Shown in pieces: positions 31,141 to 40,689 of a stretch of 64,000 nucleotides of DNA. The stretch lies in NCBI GenBank assembly GCA_963741205.1, contig CAVUHW010000010.1, positions 64,001 to 128,000 of the forward strand, read 5' to 3'. This DNA is from Nitrospirota bacterium (lineage in GTDB: Bacteria; Nitrospirota; UBA9217). Position numbers and translations under genes: made by a program. The first letter of the stretch is position 1. The number at the start of each line of letters is the position of its first letter. The notes under the pieces were generated by a model. That model saw only the letters and a program-made list of their open reading frames with translations. It was not told the origin of the DNA and made no database searches.

Positions 31141-32760
31141 ATGACGGATCAAGCCAAGACAAAAAAACAACTCATTGACGAACTGAAAGCCCTTCGCCGC
31201 GAGCTTCGGGAGGTACAAGCTCGCCCGGAAGACCCAGAAGGCAGATATCGCACGTTTTTCGAGACCACGATCGCCGGCAACATGATCAGCGATGAAGACG
31301 CGACGATGCTTTTGGTCAACAAGGGATTCGAAAAGCTGACCGGATTCTCCAGGGAAGAAATGGAAGGCCGGAAAAAATGGACCGATTTTTTTATGGCCCC
31401 CGACCTGGAAAGAATGATGACCTATCACCGGCAAAGGAGAATCGATCCTGGCTCGGCTCCGATGAGCTACGAAACCCGATTTATCGACAAACAGGGTCAG
31501 ATAAAGGACATCTTCCTGACGGTCGGCCTCATTCCCGGGACGAGGCAGAGCGCTATCTCCTGCATAAACATCACGGAGAGCAAGAAACTTGAGAAGCAGC
31601 TCCACCAGGCGCAGAAAATGGAGGCCATCGGCACCCTGGCCGGCGGGATAGCCCATGACTTCAACAATATTCTGGGCGCCATCATCACCAACGCCGAGAT
31701 GGCCCTCGAGGACGCCTGCGAAGGACGCGTCGACAAGGACCTTCTGGAAACCGTGCTCAAGGCCGCGCATCGGGGCAGGAGCCTGGTCAAGCAGCTGCTC
31801 ACCATCAGCCGGCGGAGTGAAAAGGAGAGGCAGACTGTCCGTGTTGAAAGCATTCTGCACGAAGTTCTCAAGCTGCTCCGCGCTTCCATTCCCGCCTTTA
31901 TCGAAATCAGGCAGGATATTTCCGGCGACGTGGGAACTATTCTTGCCGACCCGACGCAAATCCACCAGGTCATCGTGAATCTCTGCACCAACGCCGCCCA
32001 GGCCATGCGCGAAGGCGGTGGGGCGCTGAACATTGCCCTGTCGAACATCGAAGCCGACGAACGGCTCACCTCTTTTGTTCATGACCTCAAGGCCGGTCCC
32101 TATGTGAGACTGACGGTGAAAGACACGGGCTATGGAATGGAACCTGACGTCATGGAGCGGATCTTCGATCCTTTTTTCACCACACGAAAGGGCGAAGGAA
32201 CCGGTCTGGGCCTGTCCGTCGTCCACGGAATTGTCAAGAACCACGGCGGAGCGATCTCGGTCGAAAGCAGGCCGGGGCACGGGACCACTTTTCACGTTTA
32301 TTTTCCGCGGCAGACTGCGGCGCAGGAGCAGGCAGAAGCCGTCACACCGGCGCCGGCCCCGGGGGGAAAGGAACGAATTCTGCTTGTGGATGATGAAGAA
32401 GACCTGGCTTTTTCGGTGGAGAAAATGCTCCGGCGGCTCGGTTATGACGTAGTCGTCAGAACGAACAGCGAGGAGGCCTTAGGGGAATTCCTTTCCTGGC
32501 CCGACCGGTTTGATCTGGTTATCACGGACCAGACCATGCCGCACCTCACCGGGACCGCTCTGGCGAAAAAGCTCCTCCTTATCCGCCCTGATATTCCTAT
32601 CATTCTCTGCTCGGGGTTCGGTCCGGACTCGCCCGGCAGTATGGCTCCCGAGGAGCTCAAGGCTACCGGCATACGTGAATTTCTTCCGAAGCCGGCCGAC
32701 CGGTTGGAAATGGACAGGGCGATCCGGCGGGTGCTGGATGAAAAAAGAAAGACCCGGTAA
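31141..32760 (+). CDS. PAS hybrid sensor histidine kinase
   Basis: PAS domain, AHDFNN H-box, NLCTNA, DTGYG, GTGLGL and C-terminal receiver domain. Confidence 0.93.
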   Translation: MTDQAKTKKQLIDELKALRRELREVQARPEDPEGRYRTFFETTIAGNMISDEDATMLLVNKGFEKLTGFSREEMEGRKKWTDFFMAPDLERMMTYHRQRRIDPGSAPMSYETRFIDKQGQIKDIFLTVGLIPGTRQSAISCINITESKKLEKQLHQAQKMEAIGTLAGGIAHDFNNILGAIITNAEMALEDACEGRVDKDLLETVLKAAHRGRSLVKQLLTISRRSEKERQTVRVESILHEVLKLLRASIPAFIEIRQDISGDVGTILADPTQIHQVIVNLCTNAAQAMREGGGALNIALSNIEADERLTSFVHDLKAGPYVRLTVKDTGYGMEPDVMERIFDPFFTTRKGEGTGLGLSVVHGIVKNHGGAISVESRPGHGTTFHVYFPRQTAAQEQAEAVTPAPAPGGKERILLVDDEEDLAFSVEKMLRRLGYDVVVRTNSEEALGEFLSWPDRFDLVITDQTMPHLTGTALAKKLLLIRPDIPIILCSGFGPDSPGSMAPEELKATGIREFLPKPADRLEMDRAIRRVLDEKRKTR

Positions 32761-32771
32761 CGGGGGCATGC

Positions 32772-34166
32772 ATGGCGAATATTCTCATCGTCGATGACGA
32801 CAACCTCATGCGTTCGACCTTGTCGACAATGGTCACCCGTATGGGCCATGAGGCCGTAAGCGCGGCCACACTCAAGGAAGGGACGAGCCTCGCTTTTTCC
32901 CGGCCCTTTGATGTCGTCTTTCTCGATGTCCGCATGCCCGACGGCAGCGGCCTCGAGGCCTTGCCGCACATTCAGCAGGCGCCATCGGCGCCGGAGGTGA
33001 TCATCCTCACCGGCTACGGCGACCCCGATGCCGCCGAGCTTGCCATCAAGAGCGGCGCCTGGGACTACATTGAGAAGGGCTCGGCCCTCAAGGAAATGAC
33101 GCTTCCTCTTGTGCGCGCGCTCCAGTACCGGCAGGAAAAGAAGGCCGCGGGCCGGGAAAAGGCCGTGATAGCCCTGAAGCGGGAGGAGATTGCCGGCAAC
33201 CACATAAAGCTGAAGGCCTGCCTGGATCTTGTGGCCAGGGCAGCCGAGAGCGACGCGAGCGTGCTCGTTACCGGCGAAACCGGCACGGGCAAGGAGCTTT
33301 TTGCCCGCGCCATCCACGACAACAGCAGGCGGAGCGGTCGCAATTTCGTGGTCGTCGACTGCGCTGCGCTGCCGGAGACCCTCGTGGAGAGCCTTCTGTT
33401 CGGGCATGAAAAGGGCGCCTTTACGAGCGCGGAAAAGGCCAGGGAAGGCCTGATCCAGCAGGCGCACGGGGGCACGCTTTTTCTGGATGAAGTCGGCGAG
33501 CTCCCCCTGAATGTTCAGAAAAGTTTTCTGCGCGTGCTCCAGGAGCACCGGGTCCGGCCCCTCGGGGGGAGCCGGGAGTTAGAATGCGACTTCCGACTCA
33601 TAGCGGCCACCAACCGAGACCTCGAAGGCATGGTGAAAAACGGCCAGTTCAGGGAAGACCTTTTGTTCCGCATCAGATCATTTCTCATTGAATTGCCTCC
33701 GTTGAGACAGCGTCCCGACGATATCAAAGACCTGGTCCGGCATCACATGGACAGACTTTGCGAACGGTACCATCTGTCGCCGAAAGGATTTTCTCCGGAG
33801 TTCCTGCAAACGCTCGTAGAGTATCCGTGGCCCGGCAATGTGAGGGAGTTGATCAACACCCTGGAACAGGTTTTGACGGCCGCAAAGTATGAACCGACGC
33901 TGTTTCCCAAGCACCTGCCGGCCGCTATCCGGGTGCAGGTGGTTCGAGCGGCTCTGGCCCCCAAGACCCCTGCAGCTGACCCCTCAAAGGCACCGACAAC
34001 GCTGCCCAAATTCAGCGTTTTCCGCAAGGACGTTAACGAACAGGCGGAAAAAGACTATGTCCGCAATCTGATGTCTCTTGCCGACGGCGACATCAAGGAA
34101 GCCTGCCGCATATCCGGCCTGTCACAATCCCGCTTATACGCCCTCATCAATAAATGCAAAGACTGA
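32772..34166 (+). CDS. Sigma54-dependent response regulator (NtrC family)
   Basis: Receiver domain, GETGTGKE, GAFTSA, FLDEVG, WPGNVREL and Fis-type HTH. Confidence 0.93.
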   Translation: MANILIVDDDNLMRSTLSTMVTRMGHEAVSAATLKEGTSLAFSRPFDVVFLDVRMPDGSGLEALPHIQQAPSAPEVIILTGYGDPDAAELAIKSGAWDYIEKGSALKEMTLPLVRALQYRQEKKAAGREKAVIALKREEIAGNHIKLKACLDLVARAAESDASVLVTGETGTGKELFARAIHDNSRRSGRNFVVVDCAALPETLVESLLFGHEKGAFTSAEKAREGLIQQAHGGTLFLDEVGELPLNVQKSFLRVLQEHRVRPLGGSRELECDFRLIAATNRDLEGMVKNGQFREDLLFRIRSFLIELPPLRQRPDDIKDLVRHHMDRLCERYHLSPKGFSPEFLQTLVEYPWPGNVRELINTLEQVLTAAKYEPTLFPKHLPAAIRVQVVRAALAPKTPAADPSKAPTTLPKFSVFRKDVNEQAEKDYVRNLMSLADGDIKEACRISGLSQSRLYALINKCKD

Positions 34167-34318
34167 ACTCTGCAGCTTTGACCGGTATTCCTGCCAGACA
34201 AGAAAAAATTCCCGCCATTCAGGAATGATGAGCCTGCGCAGGAAAGAACTCCATCCTTTGTCACCCGCCTGATAACATAATTCATTGCAAATAAAGTGAT
34301 TTTGAATCCCTGCCGTTT

Positions 34319-34334
34319 TGGTACGGGGTATGCA
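34319..34334 (+). promoter_or_regulatory. Sigma54 -24/-12 promoter
   Basis: TGGTAC-GGGGT-ATGCA; candidate enhancer palindromes TTCC..GGAA at ~34188-34225 and an AT-rich spacer. Confidence 0.65.
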
Positions 34335-34383
34335 GCAGTCAAGTTACAACAACGAAAGATCTCTTCGGAGGTATTGGCTAGGA

Positions 34384-34812
34384 ATGCAACGAATGATCAT
34401 GTATGCAAAAGAAGAGGCCGGCAAAGAGCTTCAGGCGTTTATTGTCCGGCAGTTCCCGGGAGTTGAAATATCCCGGACCATTAAATCGCTGAACGAAAGA
34501 CTTCGTCAGACAATAAATAATGGCGAAGTCGCCGTGCTTATCGCCGCAACCGGGGCGGAGTTGGATAATTTTCTAACGCTCCGGGATTTGCTACACGACC
34601 TTAAGCTGATCCTCATCCTGCCGGACAGGGAACCCGAGACGATTGCCAAGGGCCATGTTTTGCGCCCGCGACTTCTCTGTTGCCTGGACTATGACGAGAA
34701 CGAGATAATGGCGGTTCTGGCAAAAATGCTGACGGTCGCGGCTTGCAAAAGTACTGCTCCGTGCGCTGACTTCAGGACGACAACGACAAAAAATGAAAGG
34801 AGAACAACATGA
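34384..34812 (+). CDS. Hypothetical protein (degenerate receiver-like)
   Basis: 142-aa ORF downstream of the sigma54 promoter. Confidence 0.6.
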   Translation: MQRMIMYAKEEAGKELQAFIVRQFPGVEISRTIKSLNERLRQTINNGEVAVLIAATGAELDNFLTLRDLLHDLKLILILPDREPETIAKGHVLRPRLLCCLDYDENEIMAVLAKMLTVAACKSTAPCADFRTTTTKNERRTT

Positions 34813-34940
34813 GGAACAGAAAATTTAACCTGCTTGTTATCGTTTTACTGACGGCCTTGCTGTCCTTGTTCATCGCCTTCGACTGCTATAAGACGGGAAT
34901 AGGGTCTAAACTCGCGTCCCACAGCCTGGTACTCAAATAG
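34809..34940 (+). CDS. Small 43-aa membrane protein
   Basis: MRNRKFNLLVIVLLTALLSLFIAF..; AAGGAG RBS; ATGA overlap with the upstream stop. Confidence 0.55.
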   Translation: MRNRKFNLLVIVLLTALLSLFIAFDCYKTGIGSKLASHSLVLK

Positions 34941-35090
34941 ATTTGAGATCGGGACAACAATCCCGATAAATATATCGGCGGCCCATTTGCCGACAAGAGC
35001 GGCGTCTTAATATATTTTGAAGCTCCGGGCATTGCAGAGGCTGCCGCTACCATCGAATGTTACTGCAATTGAATCATTTGGGAGTCAGAG

Positions 35091-36881
35091 ATGAAAAACA
35101 TGTTTGTGAGCATAGCAGCAGGCGTTTGTATCTCACTATTTTGCGAAGTTCCCGCACAAGGAGAAGATGTTTACTGGCGTATTGATCCAAGTGTTAAATC
35201 GTGTTCGATGGACATCAGTCCCGATCTCACACAAGATCAATTTCACCGGTATATTAGGCAGCTTGCCCTAATTGCTTCATTAAAATAACCGCGGACATTG
35301 GACAGAAACTCGTCCTGCGTGTGCGCTCGCCTCCGTCCGACAGCATTACTTTTAACGTCCTGGTTCAACATCTCATCCGGATTAAGCTCCGGACTATAGG
35401 ACGGCAAATAGAACAGACGAATTTGCTTTTCATTCTCGGCAAGCCATTTCTTTACGGTACGGGAACGGTGACAGGATGTTGATCGACGACCAAAAAGACC
35501 TTTCGTGTGGACTGGCGAACCATGCGCTTCAGGAAACCGGTGAACACATCGTCACGGAACCGCTTCCGAAACACCATGAACGCAAGATGCCCTTTGTTCG
35601 TAATGGCAGAGACCATGTTGCATCCGAATCTCTGCCCCGTTCCTGGAATGACAGGGGTTTCACCTTGAGGGCTGTAGGTCCGGCCGGTAGCGTGGTCGGA
35701 CCGCAACCCCATCTCGTCTCCCCAATAGATCTCGGCTTTTTCTTGCTTTGCCTGCGCACGTATCCGGGGATACTCATGCGTAAGCCAGCGCTGCACTTCT
35801 GCAGAGTTCTGCTCAAAGGCCCGACGCACCGGCTTCTGCGGGGTAAAACCCCACTGGGCCAAGTAGCGGCCAACCGTCCAGACCGAAAGCTCGATATCGA
35901 ACTTCTTAGCAATCAGCTGGGCGACGGCTTCGCGAGTCCACAGGTAAAACGGCAGTTTCAACTGGTCAGGCAGACGATCCTGAATGGTTTTGCTGACCTT
36001 ATCCGCCTGCCATGGCTTCAGCGAACCGCCCGTCGGTCGGCCTCGTCGCTTGGCTGCAAGCGCTTTCGCGCCCTCTGCTCGGTGTGCTACGATCCATTTT
36101 CCGACGGCATGACGGGTAACACCGAATATCTGTGCAACTTCGACCTGTTTCTTACCACCAATGACAGCCTTAACCGCTTTCTGGCGGATGGCTTCTTGCG
36201 CTTCAGGGGAAGACGACCGGGCATCACGTTTTTTCATGCCCAAGTTATACCATGTTAAGATATAGAATGCAAACTATTTATTGCTCTAGTAAATCTGCCG
36301 AGCCGGCCGAAACACTTGGGAAAAACCACTTTAGTATAAACGTTGATTACTCCTCTACTCCTATTGACCAGCACGATCCTGCATGGATAAATACCTTTGT
36401 TCATCCAGATGCAGGTTGCCCATTGGGAGACGCAATTATACTGCCAGTTCTTCGCGCAGAATATGGGATTACTGATCGTGTAGATGTGGGCGTGCTTTAT
36501 ACGCAAGCGCCAGACGCTAATTATGGTTTGTTTGGTGCAGAAGTAAAATATGCGTTCGTCGATGGATCTGAAACAGGCACCACCATTGCTGCCAGAGCCA
36601 CTATTACGAGGCTTCTTGGCGTAGCAGATTATAACTTTGATATGGTAAGCCTCGATGTCCTGGCTAGCAAAAAAATGCTCATAACGCCCTATGCGGGACT
36701 CAGGGTGAGTTATGCCAGAGCAAAAGAAACAACTGATGAAGTAAACCTCTCAAATGAAAATATTATTAATATGCAACCCTTTCTTGGTCTTGAGTATGCT
36801 TATCGCAAGTTCAGGATGGCAGTTGAGTATGATATAGGAGAAGTATCTACTTTAGTTTTGAGTGTTGGGGGTCGTTTTTAA
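35091..36881 (+). pseudogene. Outer-membrane beta-barrel protein interrupted by IS630
   Basis: Signal peptide at 35091; reading resumes KSAEPAETLG after 36290; C-terminal VGGRF. Confidence 0.7.
35283..36289 (-). mobile_element. IS630-family element, 3'-truncated (transposase start ~36237)
   Basis: HTH, WGDEMG and LPSYSPELNPDE motifs; TA dinucleotide on both sides. Confidence 0.88.
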
Positions 36882-36925
36882 ACATACAATTTGATTTTAT
36901 TGCCCGGCAAAGAAGGAGGAGATCT

Positions 36926-37995
36926 ATGAGACACACGCGCATCATCGTCACTCACTACGGCGGGCCCGATGCACTTCGGGTGGTTGAAGAAGAGTGCCCC
37001 GAGCCGAAGGATGGTGAAGTGCGGGTGAGAGTGCTGGCCGCAGGCGTCTCCTTGCCCGACGTCATGGCGCGCGAGGGCATTCATCCCGAGACGCCCCCGG
37101 TGCCCTTCACGCCGGGGTGGGATCTGGTTGGCGTGGTGGATCGGCTCGGCGACGGTGTCTCTGGAATCGAACCAGGCCAGATAGTTGCCGCGATGCCGAT
37201 CCACGGTGCGTACGCGGAGTTCGTCTGCCTGCCGCAACGTGAACTGGTTCCGGTGCCATCCGGGTTGGACGCCGCCGAGGCTGTCAGCCTCGTGCTGAAC
37301 TACATCACGGCGTACCAGATGCTGCATCGTTCCGCTAAGGTCAGACCGGGCCAGCGCGTGTTGATTCACGGCGCGGCAGGCGGGGTCGGCACGGCACTCT
37401 TGCAGCTTGGGCGCCTCGCCGGGCTGGAGATGTACGGAACCTGTTCATCGCGAGGGGCGTCGGCCGTTTCCGACCTGGGCGGTATCCCGATTGATTACCA
37501 GCATCAGGACTTCGTGAAAGAAATTCACCGCCTCACGGGCGAGGGCGTGGACGTCGTCTTCGACCCTATCGGTGGTGCTCACCTCTGGCATTCCCGCAAG
37601 GCTCTCCGTCCTGGCGGGAGGGTGGTGGGCTATGGCGCTCATTAGCTCGATTCGTGGGGAGGGATTGACTTCAAGTCGTCCAGGTCGTCGTCAACGCTTT
37701 CGTGGAATCGCCATCTTCGCGTTGTACATCGCCGGCGGCTGGCTTCTCCCGGGCCGGAAACGGGTGGTCCCCTACAGCATCCAGACGCTCAAACGGCTGA
37801 AACCGGAATGGTTTCGACAGGATTTGATCGCCCTGCTCGACCTCCTTCAGACAGCAGAAGATCAAGCCGCTCATCGCGCAGCGATTTCCTCTTGCCGAGG
37901 CAAGACAGGCGCAGGAGTTGCTCGGGAAGGGAGGCGTGACAGGCAAGATCGTGCTCGTGCGCAACGGGTCATCGCTTGAATCAGGAGCGGCGTAA
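36926..37995 (+). CDS. MDR-family NADPH:quinone reductase-like protein (frameshifts near 37640 and 37850)
   Basis: GGPDAL, PFTPGWD, LIHGAAGGVG and GKIVL. Confidence 0.88.
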
Positions 37996-38139
37996 CAACG
38001 GCATGCAGCGGACTCCGCAATGAGCTTGGATGATACTTTCTTGCTTGCATTTTCAAGCCGAATAAAACAGATTTGACGTTTATCGAATCTGTTTAGTAGT
38101 AGGTGCATTCATCAGGCGCCGGGATGCTGAAGATTAACA
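37990..38139 (+). other. Degenerate long attC-like site
   Basis: CGTAAC-AACGGCATGCAGCGGAC left arm at the stop codon; CGCCGGGATGCTGAAG-ATTAACA right arm. Confidence 0.45.
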
Positions 38140-38251
38140 AATTCCGGTCGTAATGCTACAAACAGACTTCTTTTGGAAAACAACAACGACGAAAATCAGC
38201 ATAAAATCAGAATGCTACCCCAGAGGCGGTTGTAATTTTCAGAGCCGGCAC

Positions 38252-39091
38252 CTATTTCCCGTGCAACACATCCATCCAGCGGATGGCTTCCGAGTCATCG
38301 ACCTTGCCCAGATATACCTGCGTGGTTTTCAAATCGTGATGCCTCAGAAGCACCTTGGAGATTATTTCCAGGGGCACGCCGTTTCGACTTGCATACGTCG
38401 CCGAGTGTCTCCTTAAATCGTGGGGAGATACCTTCACATTAAACTTCTCGCCGAGCCTTTTGATAAGCGCCCGCACCGTCGTATAACAAACAGGAAACAG
38501 GCGGTCGTCAGGACCGATTTTGTCTTCCGTTATATATTCGGCCAGCCGCTTCGCTATCTGCTCCGGCATGAAGGCTGTTTCGCTTTCTTTCCCTGACTTC
38601 GGCTCCCGAATGAGAAGCTTCCTGTCCGTCACGTCATCTGCTCTGAGCTTAAGCACCTCCCCGATCCTGAGCCCGCAGCGCGCCTGCAGCTCCAGAATCA
38701 ACCTGTCCATGGTAGATGATGTGCTGTAGATCAGCTCATCGACCAGTTCCTTGTCCAGGATCTTTCTTGCCGCCGGCTTCGGGTTCTTGTACTGTTTCAT
38801 CAATAGCGAGTGCGCGCAGGGGTTCTTGATATCCAGGCCGCATTCGTTAATGACGAAGCTGAAGAACGCCTTGGTCTGGGCATACCGTAAGTGACGCGTC
38901 CCTCTGGCGACGCCGGCGGTGAAGGACTCGAGAAATTTGCCGATTTCCTCAACCGTTATCGATTCCACAGCTCGATCCGGGAAAAACGTTTTAAGGCTAT
39001 TGAAGAACAGCTGATACCCCGTGTTCGTGCTTCGTTTGAGCGTCGACAAGTGATGGTTCCTCACAAATTCAATGGCTTCCGGAATATTCAT
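38252..39091 (-). CDS. Tyrosine recombinase (XerC/D-like, 279 aa)
   Basis: GLRIGE (R), K, HDLRR (HxxR) and LRH..LKTTQVY (H, Y) catalytic residues; GGAGG RBS; no IntI-type insertion evident. Confidence 0.92.
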   Translation of the reverse strand: MNIPEAIEFVRNHHLSTLKRSTNTGYQLFFNSLKTFFPDRAVESITVEEIGKFLESFTAGVARGTRHLRYAQTKAFFSFVINECGLDIKNPCAHSLLMKQYKNPKPAARKILDKELVDELIYSTSSTMDRLILELQARCGLRIGEVLKLRADDVTDRKLLIREPKSGKESETAFMPEQIAKRLAEYITEDKIGPDDRLFPVCYTTVRALIKRLGEKFNVKVSPHDLRRHSATYASRNGVPLEIISKVLLRHHDLKTTQVYLGKVDDSEAIRWMDVLHGK

Positions 39092-39118
39092 GGTGACCTC
39101 CTTTCGTTGCCTCTGGGG

Positions 39119-39190
39119 TGAAAGCCCGTAATATCCCTGTATTCAAAGTGACTAAATATATTATGGAGCACTTCCGACTTCCGGACCAAC
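39119..39190 (+). repeat. Island repeat unit directly upstream of the recombinase
   Basis: TGAAAGCCCGTAATATCCCTGTA..ACTTCCGGACCAAC; aligns with 13964 TGAAACTCCCGTGATAATCATTCTGTA. Confidence 0.55.
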
Positions 39191-39232
39191 ATTTCTCTTG
39201 AAAGTATAGCAATAATGCTATATATTTAATCA

Positions 39233-39589
39233 ATGGAATGGTCGATAGAATACTATGTGGCTGATAATGGCAAATCACCGGCCAGAGATTTCATCGACTC
39301 TCTTTCTGCTGAAAGTAAAGCTAAATTCATTTTCATTGCTGATTTGCTCACAGAGTATGGCTTGAACGTCAGAGAACCCTATGTTAAACCGATAACGGGA
39401 ACGAAGAAGCTTTTTGAGATCAGGATAAAAGACCGGCAGAACATTCATCGGGTATTCTACTTCGCCTATACCGGCCGGAAATTGATTCTTTTACACGGTT
39501 TCACGAAGAAGACCGATAAGACACCTTCACGGGAAATAGAGATTGCAGAAGCCAGAATGATAGATTATATGGCAAGAAGGGGATTATGA
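39233..39589 (+). CDS. RelE/HigB (Gp49-like) toxin
   Basis: EPYVKPI..LFEIR..RVFYF..ILLHGFTKKT.KTP.REI. Confidence 0.9.
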   Translation: MEWSIEYYVADNGKSPARDFIDSLSAESKAKFIFIADLLTEYGLNVREPYVKPITGTKKLFEIRIKDRQNIHRVFYFAYTGRKLILLHGFTKKTDKTPSREIEIAEARMIDYMARRGL

Positions 39590-39879
39590 TTATGAATTAT
39601 AAAGAGCACAGAAAAGAGTTACTGAAGAACAAAGCAGTCAAGGCGGAGTACGAAAAGCTTCTGCCTGAATATGAGCTTGCCCGTAGCATCATAGAACAAC
39701 GGCTCAGGAAAAAAATGACTCAACTCGATGTGGCGAAAAAGACCGGCATGCCACAATCTTCAGTTGCGAGAATTGAGGGGCTGACCCACGGGCTGCCCCG
39801 CCTATCGACGCTTAAAAAGATTGCGCAAGCTCTCGATGCGGAGCTTGTCATCACGCTCAAGGCAAAGAAAACGGCATAA
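39586..39879 (+). CDS. XRE-HTH antitoxin (HigA-like)
   Basis: MTQLDVAKKTGMPQSSVARIE HTH; toxin-first operon with overlap. Confidence 0.9.
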   Translation: MIMNYKEHRKELLKNKAVKAEYEKLLPEYELARSIIEQRLRKKMTQLDVAKKTGMPQSSVARIEGLTHGLPRLSTLKKIAQALDAELVITLKAKKTA

Positions 39880-39940
39880 AACTTCGAGGAATAAACGCAG
39901 ATGATGTACTCTGCACTCCAAACTATCATTCGGAGGCCAA

Positions 39941-40201
39941 ATGGGTGCCCACTTCAAACCTCATCTTCGGGACGCAATTTTAAAAGCAGTTGAGAATCAA
40001 CTCGCCAATGATAACCCACCTGAGACAAAGCAAACTTACGATCGCCTGGTACGCGAAGGGTATTCCGAAAACGACGCAAAAATTCTCATCGCAAACGTCG
40101 TTGCTGTCGAAATATTTGAAGTTGTAAATCGACGAGAACCTTTCAATCATCAGAGGTTTGTTAAAGCTTTGAATCGGTTGCCAACTATTCCTGAAGCATA
40201 G
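39941..40201 (+). CDS. Conserved hypothetical protein
   Basis: VENQL..DPPETKQTYDRL..GYS pattern; GGAGG RBS. Confidence 0.75.
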   Translation: MGAHFKPHLRDAILKAVENQLANDNPPETKQTYDRLVREGYSENDAKILIANVVAVEIFEVVNRREPFNHQRFVKALNRLPTIPEA

Positions 40202-40204
40202 ATA

Positions 40205-40268
40205 TTCGAGCTATATTCTGGATCTGTGATTGATGATAGACAGCCGAGCGTTTACTTCAGAGCGTAAC
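40205..40268 (+). repeat. Island repeat unit
   Basis: ATATTCTGGATCTGTGA..ACTTCAGAGCGTAACATTC versus ACTTCATGTC-TAACATTC at the intron A site. Confidence 0.5.
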
Positions 40269-40689
40269 ATTCTACGAGACTTTAGGCACTCATTCGATTC
40301 ATCGTTCAGTGCATGATACTGGTTTTTTTACACCCTTGTCACAACATTGACATTCCATACTTGTTGTCGATGACCACGAGAATGTCGAAGAACGACAAAA
40401 CCATTCAAAATAAAAGATAAATTTGATTCGAAAATGGATGAGAAAATCGAGAAGAAGCGCGCATAAGCGGCACATCCACCCATTGCCGTTAATACGGCAA
40501 ATCCTGAAGAGGGGCCCTCGAGGGGATAAGTAAGTCCTCTATGAATCCTCCGATCTGCAGAATTAAGCAAGGAGAGTAAAACCTGCTGTCTCAAATCGAC
40601 TCACGATTACCGCGATTACTGCGTGTGCCGCTCGCAATACCATCGAGAAAGATGTATTCTGCGCTGCCCTTGTCCCACGTCGCGGTGAT

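Noticed and set aside
38252-39091. Recombinase as integron integrase IntI
   Set aside because: It is short and lacks the IntI-specific insertion between patch regions; no attI followed by a tandem attC array
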